Positions 62,025 through 64,000 of a stretch of DNA of 64,000 bases are shown in pieces. The stretch is from Glaucostegus cemiculus. Lineage: Eukaryota. The notes under the pieces are model-generated. The model was not told where the DNA came from. It ran no database searches and was given only the letters and a program-made list of their open reading frames with translations. Position numbers and translations under genes: made by a program. Location: assembly GCA_976551045.1 (NCBI GenBank), contig CDPCPM010000011.1, positions 7,068,001 through 7,132,000 on the forward strand. The letters run 5' to 3'. Positions within the stretch are counted from its first letter, which is position 1; the number at the start of each line of letters is the position of its first letter.

Positions 62025-64000
62025 CTGTTGTGGGATGGAGAAGTACAAACACACACATCAGACTACAAAAAGACATGGTAAAAACAGCATTGCTCAGAAT
62101 AGCTGAGCCCTTACGGAATCCATCTGCTGCTGCCAATTGTGTTGTCTAATAGGTCTTATAGAGCATTCATAACGCCTTAATTTCTATAGAAAAAGTCACA
62201 CAAAGAGCTCTGTCTGGTAAATACTTTGCTGTCTGCAGGCAGTCTTTGCCTTGTTTGAGATCTTCAAGCCTCCCCTATTTACACCACCCAAGACTCATTT
62301 AAGCTATAGATTCCCCTCCTGTCAAAGTGGCACTGGCCCCTGATTAAGGCCCGTGGATACCTCATTGTCACCTCTACCCAGGCTTGTGTCGAACTTTGCT
62401 TTCAGCCTATAGAGATTCTGTCCACAGGTCAATCCAAAACAATAGAAGGTCAAGCAGGAAATGAGGAACCCATGGGGCATTAGCAATGCCTTTGGTGTCC
62501 TCTCAAGATAGGTGGACAAATAAATGTTCCACAAAGCACTTTTTAATTTATACTGAGCCTGTTGTTTCTGCCTACCTTGTTGCTGCTTCCTTTACTTAGT
62601 CTCAATGATAAGGTATGTTTGATATATTACTTAAGATACCCACATGGGATAACATTTCAAGTAAATGCTTTTGTTGGGATTGGATCCAGAAACTCTCAGG
62701 ATAGCTAAAACTGGGTCATCCTCTATGACGATCCTTCCAATGCTCTGTATTTTAAATGCGTAGAGAAAACTTCCACTTCTTAGCTCTTTATTCCAGGGGA
62801 AAAAAATCACTGCATTACTTTCCAGGGATTTTCACCATGAGTCCAGCAAAAGCATGGTAGTGGAACCTCCCATTATTCCATTGCTGTCATATAATTACAC
62901 ATGAGCCCAGTTATTATACCTCCTCCCAAGATTCAGGTAGCTCTGGACAAGATCAAGAATCAATCTTGGGACCTTCTAATCTCCACTGTTCATTTGCACA
63001 CTGACATACCAACACCACTATCAGGAGCCTCATCACTGTGTTTAACTTTCTACAGATTCCTTATTCTATGCAGCCTTCTTACAAAATATCTTGACTTCTA
63101 TTAGACTGATCTATTTTTAAGATTGTCTCTGCAACATAATCATTTTGTATACATGCACACAAACATATGCATATACACACACATATGCACATGCAGGCAC
63201 TAATACAATCACATCTTTGGCTTTCAGTTGGTTAACTTGACCTAAATGTAGCAGGGAAGGCATCAGTCACTTTATTGAAAAGCAGCCAACCAACAATTTT
63301 CCTGCTTGAACTAACTTAAAAGTAGACAAATGAAATTTAAACAATTTAAAGAAAGAAAACGAGCACAGTGCTTTCATCAGGACGGGAGACTATATTCCAT
63401 TTGGAAAAGATTGGTTTAGCCTCAACCATTTTACAACAATGGAAAATTCTTAAGAAACAGATGCCACGCTAAAAGCTTAAAATTAACCAGCATTTTATCA
63501 TCAATATTTCACCAAAGAAATTTAAAAACTCACTTTTTTCCCCTCAAACTTAAATTCATTAGAAAGCCATATACACTTCACTTATAGCATCAACCAATGT
63601 GTTGTTATAACTTTTTTGGAGCTTTATATGGGCTAGAATATGAACAAACTTCATTGTTTTGCTCTTAGCTCAGCCAGGGCTTTATTTTCTTTTATGTTTT
63701 GAGTGAAAGAGGTTGCCCCAGCAACAGGGGAAAAAAAGAAAAATGCAAAAACATTGCAAGTAATACAGAATCAGCCTCGAACCTGGCTAAAAGTCTGATC
63801 TAAATGGAAGTGAAGTCTATGCTAGCTCCTCTGTGTTTACGATTAAGTCTTTTTTCTAAAAAAAAGCTCCGAGATTTCCCTGGTTCTTGCTGCTCAATCA
63901 AAAATTACATTTAACAGACGCAGAGATGGGGCCAGTGCAGGCTGGAGCTCGAGCATAAACCTCTATCTGTGGACAATAGGGCGCAAATGAGTGCACAGTA

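Noticed and set aside
61942-62136. 64-aa ORF as a standalone protein
   Set aside because: Only 62024-61950 is exon, bounded by AG/GT; the N-terminal part is intron read-through
245-63104. The many short ORFs in the supplied track as novel genes
   Set aside because: Lengths fit chance or TE/low-complexity origin; only 33164-33475 and part of 61942-62136 correspond to real host exons

Overview
AT-rich vertebrate genomic DNA. The repeat landscape (CR1/HER1-type LINEs, V-SINEs, Penelope-derived short elements, Rex1/Babar tails) points to a cartilaginous fish, probably a batoid; this is an inference. The window holds the convergent 3' ends of two genes. On +: the terminal coding exon of syntaxin-8 (STX8, 25772-25839, the tail-anchor TM segment, absent from the ORF track), preceded by >25 kb of its last intron. 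On -: the last two coding exons of netrin-1 (62024-61950 and 33492-33164, NTR/C345C domain), separated by a 28.5-kb intron. This matches the tail-to-tail NTN1-STX8 arrangement known from human 17p13. Nearly all other ORFs are spurious or derive from decayed retroelements. Highlights: a near-perfect 64-bp inverted repeat in the NTN1 intron; a solo LTR with an ATGT TSD nested in a CR1; hammerhead-ribozyme relics in Penelope-derived repeats; tandem let-7 seed matches in a Rex1/Babar 3' UTR; LF-SINE-like and AmnSINE2-like ancient SINEs; and candidate enhancer motif clusters. I see no prokaryote-type system (CRISPR, defence island) and no convincing new multi-gene system. Repeat family names come from remembered consensus motifs, not a database search, and TE boundaries are approximate unless a TSD is given.
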